From contig JBHGNT010000013.1 in the NCBI GenBank assembly GCA_043228905.1, positions 4,030,001 through 4,094,000 of the forward strand: a stretch of DNA of 64,000 nucleotides. Direction: 5' to 3'. Below are positions 29,900-42,724 of the stretch, piece after piece. A model generated the notes under the pieces. It was not told where the DNA came from, made no database searches, and saw only the letters and a list, made by a program, of their open reading frames with translations. The DNA is from Azolla caroliniana. Taxonomy: Eukaryota > Plantae > Polypodiophyta. A program made the translations under genes and the position numbers. Positions within the stretch are counted from its first letter, which is position 1, and the number at the start of each line of letters is the position of its first letter.

Positions 29900-31445
29900 A
29901 TGGGTCGGATTAGATGATGAGAACCCACAGAAAATCCAAGTGGAATTAAACCTGTTTGTGGACACCTTTCACAGAAGATCTGTGAGAATTAAAGAAGACA
30001 GAGAGAGGGAGAACAAAAACGTGTGTTTGTCTATTATTAGATACTAAGTTACATACATTTTGGTATATATGGTATTAGAGGTAACAAAAAAGTGTGCCTC
30101 TTCATGTAAAGTGATATAAAAGGGTACATTTCATTTCCTAAACAAAAAAACACTAAAAAAAAGGTGATACTAAAACGTTTCTGCATTATAGATATTCTAA
30201 CAACCCCCCTTCAATGTAAAATATTTTAGTTCTTCGTCTTTTGTAGACGAGCCGAGCTTTGTACTTGGGTCATTCCGAACTCGATACATGTATCAGTAGA
30301 CCCGTAGACCCATTTGCACGGTAGCGGCTTCCTTCCACCTGGTAATTCGACCAGCTCCCATGTCTTATTTTTCTTGATCTAGTCCATCTCGGATCTCAAG
30401 GCTTGTAGCCATGTGTCATTGTCCGGTGCGATTATAGCTTCGTCATAGGAGGTAGGTTCGCTTGCATCCGTGTAGTTGACCTAGTCAACGCCCGGTTGAT
30501 AAAACTCTAATGGCCTTCTGACTCATCCGGATCTCTTGGGTACCAAGTTGATTGGTTGGGATCCTTCGATCGACATTGTTGGCTGATCGGATTACTTGAA
30601 GAGTTTCCAAGAGTCTTTTTCAATCACTCGCCCTTGCAATAGGATTTTGATGATGTTGAATCATCGTCTCTTTCTTTCGGATCGATTGTCAAAGGGGTTG
30701 GTGCCTTGACCGGTTCTGCTCGGCCTTAAGGCACCTTAACGTATTTATGCGATTTGGTCGTTTTGACTCTGTCATTTTCCCCGCTTGACAATCTCTTAGT
30801 TGAATCGAATTTGACTAGTGGACGTCTCGTTGATTCAGATTCAGCAATGGGGTCGCTAGCTTGGTTGTCTTCGACTATTTATCGGATTGCCGATTCGGCT
30901 CGGTCAATTGGCCCTTCTACAACCAATCTGTCAAGCTCAAATGAGATCTTTTTGCAAACTTTCGTAGTCTAGGTTGGGTTGGAGGGTATTGAGTCTTCAT
31001 TGACGACTATGTCGCTACTCCGGATTAATTTCCGATTCTCCGAATCCCATAGCCAATAACCGAAGTCCCCATTTGTGCCATAGCCGAGAAATATACACTT
31101 AAGTGGATGGGGTGCCAGCTTGGTTCTCTTTGTCCATAGGGATAAAGCCGTAGGCTTTGCATTCAAATATACGTACCTTTTCATAGGTCGGTTTTCTGCC
31201 TCTTGTCCCTGGGAATGAAGGCATAGGCTTCGCATTCAAATATATGGAGCTTGTCATAGGTTGATTTTTTGCCGGACCATATGGCTTGTGGCACTTTGAG
31301 CCACACCGCTCTCGACGGTGATAAATTTATCAAGTAGACTGTCGTCTGCAGTCCTTCGACCTAGAATTCTAGCTTCACTCTAGATTGCTAGAGCATTGCC
31401 ATCAGTCTCTCTTGGATCGTCCAGTTGATCCACTCCACCACATCG
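29900..31445 (-). mobile_element. Old, internally deleted copia remnant (INT C-half, RT start, PPT, 3' LTR)
   Basis: [31 protein letters not shown]; minus-strand PPT TGAAGGGGGT then TGTTA at ~30204. Left end of LTR uncertain. Confidence 0.7.
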
Positions 31446-32898
31446 TTTTGTATGGAAGCATCGGTAACAGTGTGATATTGATCATGGCGTACATGTGCAA
31501 TGGAAAAGGAAGTTGTGAAGAGTAGCCTATAAGAGGTAACTTAGAATGTAATGGAAAGGGAGCTTTTTTGAGAGCATTTCACATCTTGGTGGGGAAGACG
31601 GGCAAAGCAGCCCCAACTCACGACCCCAACAACACACGCCACGATGCAACACGACAACAATAGCAACAATGAAAACTCCATGAATCCAGAATTCCTACAA
31701 CAACAAACTCAAGAACATCAGCCCACATCACCAATCGACCAACTGGTTCAGGCCCTATCCAACATTATTTTACAAGTTAACCATACTAACCAAGCCATGT
31801 TGTCATTCCTCTCAGCACGATCTGAGCCACATCAGAATTTCCCGAACCCGCGAGTTCGCCCAAAACCATTCTCTGGCCTACCATTAGAAGACGTCCTCTC
31901 TTGGTTGGATCATTTCGAAATGGCGGCCAGTTACCACCAATGGCCATAGCCTTGGAAGGCAATGGAAATGAAGACACTCCTCGAGAATATCGCAACAACA
32001 TGGCTCGTACAAAAACCCGAGGAGACACACAACGACTGGGATTTGTTATGGGCCGCCATGATTCAGAATTTTGCTCATCAGGACTCCTCTCAGATGGCCC
32101 TACAACAACTCGAGTCAATCGCCTAACAGCCACGCGAAACCATCACCCAATTCGCGGTTCGCTTTGTGCAGATCCTACGTTGGGCTAATGCCAACATGTC
32201 GGAAGACATGAAGTTGTTGTTAAACACAGTGCTCGGCCACAACCGAGGAATAGGATCAACTCACAGAAAATAGGAAATACAAAAATGCACGAAGACAATA
32301 GAGAGAAGAGTACACAGGATGTTTTACGTGGAAAACCCTAAATGGGAAAAACCACGGGAGTCCTCAAACTCCAACTATCACTATAAACAGAGATGTACAA
32401 TGGTGAAGCTACAAGGCAACAACCTTGAGCTCACTGTCTTCGCCACAGGCGGCGGTAATACACACAGGCAACGACCTCTTCGTCTCTCTCTCTCTCTCTC
32501 ACTCTCTCTCGGCTGCTCACTTAGCTCCCTCTAAGTGGAAAACCAGAAAATGAGTAACAGCCTATAAACTGTTTGCCCTAAGTCATATTTATACACATAT
32601 GACTTTCGGGCTATTTACAAATATAGCCTCAAGGGCCCTTGGCAAACATATTCACAAATATGTCCCCGCATCCGGATCTCTCTCCGGGTACATTCGTCAT
32701 CCGGCTCCGTAACCGGGGTCTTCATCATCCGGCTCCGTAGCCAGGGTCTTCATCATCCGGCTCCGTAGCCGAGTACTCTTCATCCGGCTTCATGCCGGGT
32801 ACTCTTCATCCTCCGGTTCCGTAACCGCAACCGGGCTTGCCGTCATTCATCTCCGGACATCCCATCCGGAGGGACCGAAATCCCAACAAACTGCCCCT

Positions 32899-35800
32899 TC
32901 ACTTCGGCATGGGATGTCTCTCCAATCCGATCCTCTTCCGGCATGCTTCCAGCTTGTCGGGTGTGAGCACCTTGGTCAGCATATCCGACCCGTTCTCGTC
33001 CGTGTGGATCTTCGTCAGCACGAACTCCTTGTCTTCTATCCTTTCCCGGATCCAGTGGTATCTACGCTGGATGTGTTTCGTCTGGGAATGGTAGGCCGCG
33101 TTCTTCGCAAGGTGGATGGCACTCTGACTATCGCAGTAGAGCCGGTACTCCTCCTGCCGGATACCGAGCTCTCTAATGAAGTCCTTCATCCATATTATTT
33201 CCTTGCCGGCTTCAACAGCCGCCATGTACTCCGCCTCCGTGGTTGACAACGCAACCGTCTTCTGCAGCCTCGACTGCCACAAAACAGCTCCCCCTGCATA
33301 CGTCATCACATACCCTGATGTGGACCGGCTGGTATCTGCATCAGCCGACATATCCGAGTCGGTAAAGCCGTCGAGTTCGGGCTTACCGGAGCCGAATCGG
33401 AGGCACACGTTTGCCGTGCCCTTCAGGTATCGGAGTATCCACTTGACCGCGTTCCAGTGCTCTTTGCCGGGATTGCTCATGTATCGGCTCACCACTCCGA
33501 CTGCATATCCTATGTTCGGTCTTGTACACACCATTGCGTACATCAAGCTTCCGACGGCAGAGGCATATGGTACTTTCATCATGTCCTCCTTCTCAGCCTT
33601 TGTCTTGGGGCTTTGCTTGCTGGACAACTTGCAGTTTGCCGGGAGGGTTGACCCGACCGGTCTTTCTTCCGACATGTTGAACCGGTGAAGTACCTTTGTC
33701 ACGTACTTCTCCTGTGACAGCCACAACTGCTTCTTCTTCCGGTCCCGGATGATGTGCATCCCTAGTATTTTCCTCGTCGGACCCAGGTCCTTCATTGAGA
33801 AAGTTCGGTGAAGCGCTTTCTTCAGCATCCGTATCTTGACCTGGTCCCGTCCGACGATCAACATGTCGTCCACGTACAGGAGGAGTATTAGAAAGTCTCC
33901 TCCTTCGAACTTCTTCACAAACACGCAGTGATCGGACTGCGTTTTGTGGTACCCTTCGTCGGTCATGAAGGAGTCGAACTTCCGGTACCACTGCCGGGGA
34001 GCCTGCTTCAGTCCGTAAAGGCTCTTCTTCAACCGGCATACCAGGTGCTCCTTCCCTTTCTTCTCGAATCCTTCCGGTTGCTGCATGTAGATCTCTTCTT
34101 CGAGGTCACCGTGAAGGAATGCCGTCTTCACGTCCATCTGTTCTACCTCGAGGTCCATGCTTGCCGCTATGCTCAGCACCGTCCGGATGGAGGTCATCTT
34201 CACTACCGGGGCAAATATCTCGTCGAAGTCGACGCCCTTCTTCTGCTGGAACCCCTTTACCACGATCCTGGCTTTGTATCTCGGGGGGTTTCCGGTATCT
34301 CCCGGTTTCAGCTTGAACACCCACTTGTTTCGAAGTGCCCGCTTTCCTTTCGGCAACTCCACAAGTTCATATGTGTGGTTCTCATGCAGGGAATCCATCT
34401 CCTCCTGCATGGCACTTAACCACCTGCGGCTATGGGTGTCATGCTTTGCTTCTTCAAAACTCTCCGGCTCCCCCTCGTCAGTTAGCAGCACGTGCCCTGG
34501 TTCCGGAAATCTCCGGGGGGCCCTTCTCTCTCTTAGAGGATATCTCCGTTCCGGAGCTTCGGTAACCGGCTCCTCCGTTTCCTCTTCATCCGAATGCATT
34601 TCGGGATCGGGGCCGGTTCCGGTATCAGTTTCATCTTCCTCGGCCGGTTCTGTTTCTTCACCGTCTTCGGCCGGATCCTCGAGTGCTAACCGGTCCCTTG
34701 CCGGTCGGGACTGCTCCTCGTAGAGTTGATCCTCACCGGTCGACTTGGAGCTCTTCATCTTCTTCTCCGACTCCCAGTCGGCGAGTGTCTTGTCCTCCAT
34801 GAAGATGATATCACGACTCCTGAATATCTTCTTGTCGACCGGGTCCCATACTCGGTAGCCGAACTCGTCATCGCCGTAACCGAGGAATATGCATGGCCGG
34901 GTCTTTGGATCTAACTTTCCTCTCCGGTCCTTTGCCACATGCACGTATGCGAGACACCCGAACACCTTCAGATGCCGGTAGGACACTTCCTTACCGGTCC
35001 ACACTTTCTGTGGCGTGTCTCCATCCAGGGGTACTGAGGGTGATCTGTTTATCACGTATGTCGCCGTCGACATTGCCTCAGCCCAAAACCCCTTGGGTAA
35101 TTTCGCATGCGCCAGCATACTCCGGACCCTCTCCATTATGGTCCGGTTCATCCTCTCGGCCAGCCCGTTCAGTTCCGGCGTCTTCGGCACAGTAAACTCG
35201 AGCCGGATTCACTTCGAGCGACAATACTCCTCAAATTGCCCTCGGTATTCTCCTCCGTTATCCGCTCGTAGTGCTTTCAGCTTCTTGCCGGATTCTCTTT
35301 CCACTCTCGCGTGGAGTTCTCTGAAGACGAACAATACTTGGTCCTTTGTCTTCAACGGTGCCGTCCACAGCTTCCGGCTGTGGTCATCAATGAATGTCAC
35401 GAAGTACTGGGCTCCGCCATGTGACTTCGTTTCTACTTGACACACGTCAGTGTGCACCAACTCCAATGGTGCGCTACGTCTCGTCGGTGGCCTTGAGTGG
35501 AAGGAGGTTCGGTTCTGCTTACCGGCCAGGCAATCGGTGCACTTCTCCAGGTGCACATGCTTCACTGGAATAAGGTTGTCTTCTGCAAGCCTCTTCATCC
35601 CCTTCTCACTCATGTGGCACAGTCTCTTGTGCCACAGCTCACCGGCAGTGTCGGCTGCCACGTTCAGCTCCTCCGGACATAGCCGGGAATTCATCAGGTA
35701 CAGTGTGTTGACCTTCCGGGCCCGAGCCACTATCAGGCTCCCTTTGCTGAACTTCATGACACCATTCCGGATGCTACCCGTGTAGTCTTCATCGTCTAGC

Positions 35801-37883
35801 CTCCCGGCCAGGTCTTTGGATCTAACTTTCCTCTCCGGTCCTTTGCCACATGCACGTATGCGAGACACCCGAACACCTTCAGATGCCGGTAGGACACTTC
35901 CTTACCGGTCCACACTTTCTGTGGTGTGTCTCCATCCAGGGATACTGAGGGTGATCTGTTCATCACGTATGTCGCCGTCGACATTGCCTCAGCCCAAAAC
36001 CCCTTGGGTAATTTCGCATGCGCCAGCATACTCCGGACCCTCTCCATTATGGTCCGGTTCATCCTCTCGGCCAGCCCGTTCAGTTCCGGCGTCTTCGGCA
36101 CAGTAAACTCGAGCCGGATTCCCTTCGAGCGACAATACTCCTCAAATTGCCCTCGGTATTCTCCTCCGTTATCCGCTCATAGTGCTTTCAGCTTCTTGTC
36201 GGATTCTCTTTCCACTCTCGCGTGGAGTTCTCTGAAGACGGACAATACTTGGTCCTTTGTCTTCAACGGTGCCGTCCACAGCTTCCGGCTGTGGTCATCA
36301 ATGAATGTCACGAAGTACTGGGCTCCGCCATGTGACTTCGTTTCTACTTGACACACGTCAGTGTGCACCAACTCCAATGGTGCGCTACGTCTCGTCGGTG
36401 GCCTTGAGTGGAAGGAGGTTCGGTTCTGCTTACCGGCCAGGCAATCGGTGCACTTCTCCAGGTGCACATGCTTCACTGGAATAAGGTTGTCTTCTGCAAG
36501 CCTCTTCATCCCCTTCTCACTCATGTGGCACAGTCTCTTGTGCCACAACTCACCGGCAGTGTCGGCTGCCACGTTCAGCTCCTCCGGACATAGCCGGGAA
36601 TTCATCAGGTACAGTGTGTTGACCTTCCGGGCCCGAGCCACTATCAGGCTCCCTTTGCTGAACTTCATGACACCATTTCGGATGCTACCCGTGTAGCCTT
36701 CATCGTCTAGCCTCCCGGCCGAAATCAGGTTCAATCGAACCTCCGGAATGTGTCGGACATCCTTCAGCAGCATCTTGCATCCGGTTGATGTCATCAGCCA
36801 CACGTCTCCTATGCCGGCAATCCGGCATGTACCTTCATTTCCCATCCGGACACAGCCGTGCTCACCGGCTGTGTAGGATGAGAAGTATTTCTTCTCCGGG
36901 GTCAGGTGGAACGACGCTCCGGAATCGACCACCCAGGTCATCTCTTCACCGGCAAGGTTCAGCTCCCTCTCTTCGGTAATGAGCATTATCTCTTCTTCAC
37001 TTGCCGCGAGTGCCGTCGTTCCTTTCCGGTCCTGCCCTCGCCAATCCGGACCTCTCCGGTCCGTGGCTCCCCGGTATGCACCGTTTCGCTCCGGTGACTT
37101 CTTCGAATCGGTACCGTCGGTTCCGTTGTCTTTCCGGAAATGCCGACAGTTCTTCTGGAAGTGCCCCGGCTTCCCACAGTAGAAGCATGTGGGTCTTCCC
37201 CTCGACTGCGACCGTGTCCCCGACTTCTCCCGTCTTTGCGGACTCCGGTTCCATTGTCTTCCCCGTTCCGATTCGGTAAGCAGCGCCTTCGAGTCGGACG
37301 CCGGTTCTTTATCTCTCCGACGCGCTTCTTCATTTAGAATACTTGTCTTTACCGTTAGTAAAGACAAGTTCTCTTCCTTACAGGAGGTGCTGAGAGTAAC
37401 TACCAAGTTCTCCCAGCTCTCCAGAAGGGTACACATCAGCATGATGGCTTGCATTGCGTCATCCAACGGGAACTTGATCGCCGCAAGCTGGTTCACGAAT
37501 CCCATGAACGTGCTGACGTGTTCAACCATGCTCTCGTCGTCCCGGTACTTAAGATTCACTATCTTCCTCATCAGGGAGGTCCGGGTCAGAGCATTCTTCC
37601 TCTCATAGAGTCCGGACAGCTTCTGCCACATCTCATAGGCGTTCGTATCGTTCGCCACATGTTGCAGGACACTTACATCGACATATTGCCGGATCGTCGC
37701 TACGGCTTTCCGGTTCAGGAGCTTCCACTCCGACTCTATTACCCCCTTGGGTATCTCGGCATTGTCGATCGGTTTGTACAGGTCTCGGACGATGAGAAGG
37801 TCTTCCATCTTTATCTTCCAGTCGGCGTAGTTCTGTGAGTTCAACACCATCATGCCCGGAGGCCCACTACCGCCGCCTTCCAT
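32899..37883 (-). pseudogene. Copia gag-pol polyprotein (outer), broken by a 911-bp duplication and stops
   Basis: CFYCGKPGHFQKNC, WVVDSGASFH, LWHKRLCH, DNGGEY, YKARIVVKGF, LLYVDD, SDMLTK. Confidence 0.95.
34895..36720. repeat. 911-bp tandem duplication of integrase
   Basis: Paired ORFs are offset by 911 (35015 vs 35926); GGCC microhomology at 34895, 35806 and 36717. Confidence 0.95.
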
Positions 37884-37973
37884 TTTCTGTGTTACCGTTG
37901 CTCTGATACTGTTGGGATTTCGGTCCCTCCGGATGGGATGTCCCCGGAGATAAATGACGGCAAGCCCGGTTGC

Positions 37974-38104
37974 GGTTACGGAGCCGGATGATGAAGACCC
38001 CGGTTACGGAGCCGGATGATGAAGACCCCGGTTACGGAGCCGGATGATGAAGACCCCGGTTACGGAGCCGGATGCTGAAGACCCCGGTTACGGAGCCGGA
38101 TGAC
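37974..38104 (+). repeat. 28-bp U3 tandem repeat, 4 full copies plus a partial (also ~42745-42875)
   Basis: GGTTACGGAGCCGGATGATGAAGACCCC units at 37974, 38002, 38030, 38058 and 38086. Confidence 0.95.
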
Positions 38105-38596
38105 GAATGTACCCGGAGAGAGATCCGGATGCGGGGACATATTTGTGAATATGTTTGCTAAGAGCCCTTGAGGCTATATTTGTAAATAGCCCGAAAGTCA
38201 TATGTGTATAAATATGACTTAGGGCAAACAGTTTATGTTGTTGCTCATTTTGAGAGAGAGAAAAGTGAGTAGCCGAGAGAGAGAGAGAGAGAGAGAGACG
38301 AAGAGGTCGTTGCCTCTGTGTACTGCCGCCGCCTGTGGCGAAGACAGTGAGCTCAAGGTTGTTGCCTTGTAGCTTCACCATTGTACATCTCTGTCTATAG
38401 TGATAGTTGGAGTTTGAGGACTCCCGTGGTTTTTTCCCCAGTTAGGGTTTTCCACGTAAAACATCCCGTGTACTCTTCTCTCTATTGTACCTTGTGCATT
38501 TTGTATTTCCTGTTTTCTGAAAGTTGATCCTATTCATCGGTTGTGGCCGAGCACTGTTGTCCTGCAATTGGTATCAAAGCACGGTTAACACAGAAA

Positions 38597-41500
38597 ATGG
38601 AAGGCGGCGGTAGTGGGCCTCCGGGCATGATGGTGTTGAACTCACATAACTACGCCGACTGGAAGATAAAGATGGAAGACCTTCTCATCGTCCGAGACCT
38701 GTATGAACCGATCGACAATGCCGAGATACCCAAGGGGGTAATAGAGTCGGAGTGGAAGCTCCTGAACCGGAAAGCCGTAGCGACGATCCGGCAATATGTC
38801 GATGTAAGCGTTCTACAACATGTGGCGAATGACACCAATGCATATGAGATGTGGAAGAAGTTGTCGGGCCTCTATGAAAGGAAGAATGCGTTGAACCGGA
38901 CCTCCCTGATGAGGAAGATAGTGAACCTCAAGTACCGGGACGGCGAGAATATGGTGGAACACGTGAGCACGTTCATGGGATTCGTGAACCAGCTTGCGGC
39001 GATCAAGTTCCCGTTGGAGGATGCAATGCAAGCCATCATTCTGATGTGTACATTACCGGAAAGCTGGGAGAACTTGGTGGTGACTCTCAGCACCTCCTGC
39101 ACCGAAGATAACTTGTCTCTACAAACGGTAAAGACAAGCATTTTGAACGAAGAAGCGCGTCGGAGAGATAAAGAACCGGCCTCCGACTCGAAGGCGCTGC
39201 TTACCGAATCGGAACGGGGAAGACAATGGAACCGGAGTCCGCAAAGACGGGAGAAGTCGGGGACCCGGTCGCAGTCAAGAGGAAGGTCCACATGCTTCCA
39301 CTGTGGGAAGCCAGGGCACTTCCGGAAGAATTGTCGGCATTACCGAAAGGACAACGGAGCCGACGACACCGACCCGAAGAAGTCACCGGAGAGAAACGGT
39401 GCATACCGGGGAGCCACGGACCGGAGAGGTCCGGATCGGCGAGGGCAGGACCGGAAAGGAACGACGGCACTCGCGGCAAGTGAAGAAGAGATAATGCTCA
39501 TTACCGAAGAGAGGGAGCTGAACCTTGCCGGTGAAGAGATGACCTGGGTGGTCGATTCCGGAGCGTCGTTCCACCTGACCCCGAAGAAGAAATACTTCTC
39601 ATCCTACACAGCCGGTGAGCATGGCTGTGTTCGGATGGGAAATGAAGGTACGTGCCGGATTACCGGCATAGGAGATGTGTGGTTGACAACCTCGACCGGA
39701 TGCAAAATGATGCTGAAGGATGTTCGACACGTTCCGGAGGTTCGATTGAACCTGATTTCGGCCGGGAGGCTAGACGATGAAGGCTACACGGGTAGCATCC
39801 GGAACGGTGTCATGAAGTTCAGCAAAGGGAGCCTGATAGTGGCTCGGGCCCGGAAGGTCAACACACTGTACCTGATGAATTCCCGGCTATGTCCGGAGGA
39901 GCTGAACGTGGCAGCTGACACTGCCGGTGAGCTGTGGCACAAGAGACTGTGCCACATGAGCGAGAAGGGGATGAAGAGGCTTGCCGAAGACAACCTGATA
40001 CCAGTGAAGCATGTGCACCTAGAGAAGTGTACCGACTGTCTGGCCGGTAAGCAAAACCGGACCTCCTTCCGCTCAAGACCACCGATGAGACGTTGTGTAC
40101 CATTGGAGTTGGTACACACTGATGTGTGTTAGGTAGAAACGAAGTCACATGGCGGAGCCCAGTACTTCGTAACATTCATAGATGACCATAGCCGGAAGCT
40201 GTGGACGACACCGTTGAAGACAAAGGACCAAGTATTGTCCGTCTTCAAAGAACTCCACGCGAGAGTGGAAAGGGAATCCGGCAGGGAGCTGAAAGCGATA
40301 CGAGCGGATAACGGAGGGGAATACCGGGGGCAGTTCGAGGAGTACTATCGCTCGAAGGGAATCTGGCTCGAGTTTACTGTGCCGAAGACACCGGAACTGA
40401 ACGGGCTGGCCGAGAGGATGAACCGGACCATAATGGAGAGGGTCCGGAGTATGCTGGCGCATGCGAAATTACCCAAGGGATTTTGGGCTGAGGCAATGTC
40501 GACGGCGACGTATGTGATAAATAGATCACCCTCAGTACCTTTGGACGGAGACACGCCGCAGAAAGTGTGGACCGGTAAGGAAGTGTCCTACCGGCATCTG
40601 AAGGTGTTCGGGTGTCTCGCATATGTGCATGTGGCAAAGGACCGGAGAGGAAAGCTAGATCCAAAGACCCGGCCATGCATATTCCTCGGTTACGGCGACG
40701 ACGAGTTCGGCTACCGAGTATGGGACCCGGTCGACAAGAAGATATTCAGGAGTCGTGATATCATCTTCATGGAGGACAAGACACTCGCCGACTGGGAGTC
40801 GGAGAAGAAGATGAAGAGCTCCAAGTCGACCGGTGAGAATCAACTCTACGAAGAGCAGTCCCGACCGGCAAGGGACCGGTTAGCACTCGAGGATCCGGCC
40901 GAAGACGGTGAAGAAACAGAACCGGCCGAGGAAGATGAAACTGATACCGGAACCGGCCCCGATCCCGAAATGGATTCGGATGAAGAAGAAACGGAAGAGC
41001 CGGTTACCGAAGCTCCGGAACGGAGATATCCTCTAAGAGAGAGAAGGGCCCCCCGGAGATTTCCGGAACCAGAGCACGTGCTGCTAACCGACGAGGGGGA
41101 GCCAGAGAGTTTTGAAGAAGCAAAGCATGACACCCATAGCCCCAGGTGGTTAAGTGCCATGCAGGAGGAGATGGATTCCCTGCATGAGAACCACACATAT
41201 GAACTTGTGGAGTTGCCGAAAGGAAAGCGGGCACTTCGAAACAAGTGGGTGTTCAAGCTGAAACCGGGAGATACCGGAAACCCCCCGAGATACAAAGCCA
41301 GGATCGTGGTGAAGGGGTTCCAGCAGAAGAAGGGCGTCGACTTCGACGAGATATTTGCCCCGGTAGTGAAGATGACCTCCATCCGGACGGTGCTGAGCAT
41401 AGCGGCAAGCATGGACCTCGAGGTAGAACAGATGGACGTGAAGACGGCATTCCTTCACGGTGACCTCGAAGAAGAGATCTACATGCAGCAACCGGAAGGA

Positions 41501-42724
41501 TTCGAGAAGAAAGGGAAGGAGCACCTGGTATGCCGGTTGAAGAAGAGCCTTTACGGACTGAAGCAGGCTCCCTGGCAATGGTACCGGAAGTTCGACTCCT
41601 TCATGACCGACGAAGGGTACCACAAAACGCAGTCCGATCACTGCGTGTTTGTGAAGAAGTTCGAAGGAGGAGACTCTCTAATACTCCTCCTGTACGTGGA
41701 CGACATGTTGATCGTCGGACGGGACCAGGGCAAGATGCGGATGCTGAAGAAAGCACTTCACCGAACCTTCTCAATGAAGGACCTGGGTCCGGCAAGGCAA
41801 ATACTAGGGATGCACATCATCCGAGACCGGAAGAAGAAGCAGTTGTGGCTGTCACAGGAGAAGTACGTAACAAAGGTGCTTCACCAGTTCAACATGTCGA
41901 AAGCAAGACCGGTCGGATCAACCCTCCCGGCAAACTGCAAGCTGTCCAGCAAGCAAAGCCCCAAGACAAAGGCTGAGAAAGAGGACATGATGAAAGTACC
42001 ATATGCCTCTGCCGTCGGAAGCTTGATGTACGCAATGGTGTGTACAAGACCGGACATAGGATATGCAGTCGGAGTGGTGAGCCGGTACATGAGCAATCCC
42101 GGCAAAGAACACTAGAACGCGGTCAAGTGCATACTGCGATACCTGAAGGGCACGGCAAACGTATGCCTCCGATTCGGCTCCGGTAAGCCCGAACTCGACG
42201 GCTTTACCGATTCGGATATGTCGGCTGATGCAGATACCAGCCGGTCCACATCAGGGTATGTGATGACGTATGCAGGGGGAGCTGTTTCGTGGCAGTCGAG
42301 GCTGCAGAAGACGGTTGCGTTGTCAACCACGGAGGCGGAGTACATGGCGGCTGTCGAAGCCGGCAAGGAAATGATATGGATGAAGGACTTCATTAGAGAG
42401 CTCGGTATCCAGCAGGAGGAGTACCGAATCTACTGTGACAGTCAGAGTGCCATCCACCTTGCGAAGAACGCGGCCTATCACTCCCGGACGAAGCACATCC
42501 AGCGAAGATATCACTGGATCTGGGAAAGGATAGAAGACCAGGAGTTCGTGCTGACGAAGATCCACACGAATGAGAACGGCTCAGATATGCTGACCAAAGT
42601 GCTCACACCCGACAAGTTGGAAGCATGCCGGAAGAGGATTGGATTGGAGAGACATCCCATGCCGAAGTTAAGGGGGAGTTTGTTGGGATTTCGGTCCCTC
42701 CGGATGGGATGTCCCCGGAGATAA
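38597..42724 (+). pseudogene. Copia gag-pol (inner), single frame with two nonsense codons
   Basis: ORFs 38543, 40214 and 42218 share a frame; TAG at 40130-40132 (CAG/CAA) and 42113-42115 (TGG). Confidence 0.95.

Noticed and set aside
27850-29900. Possible host gene or exon (short ORFs 28378-28620, 29107-29295 and a 37-codon minus-strand ORF near 29190-29300)
   Set aside because: No recognisable domain or supportable splice structure.
37974-38104. 28-bp repeats resembling a CRISPR array
   Set aside because: Head-to-tail with no spacers, inside an LTR, and no cas genes.
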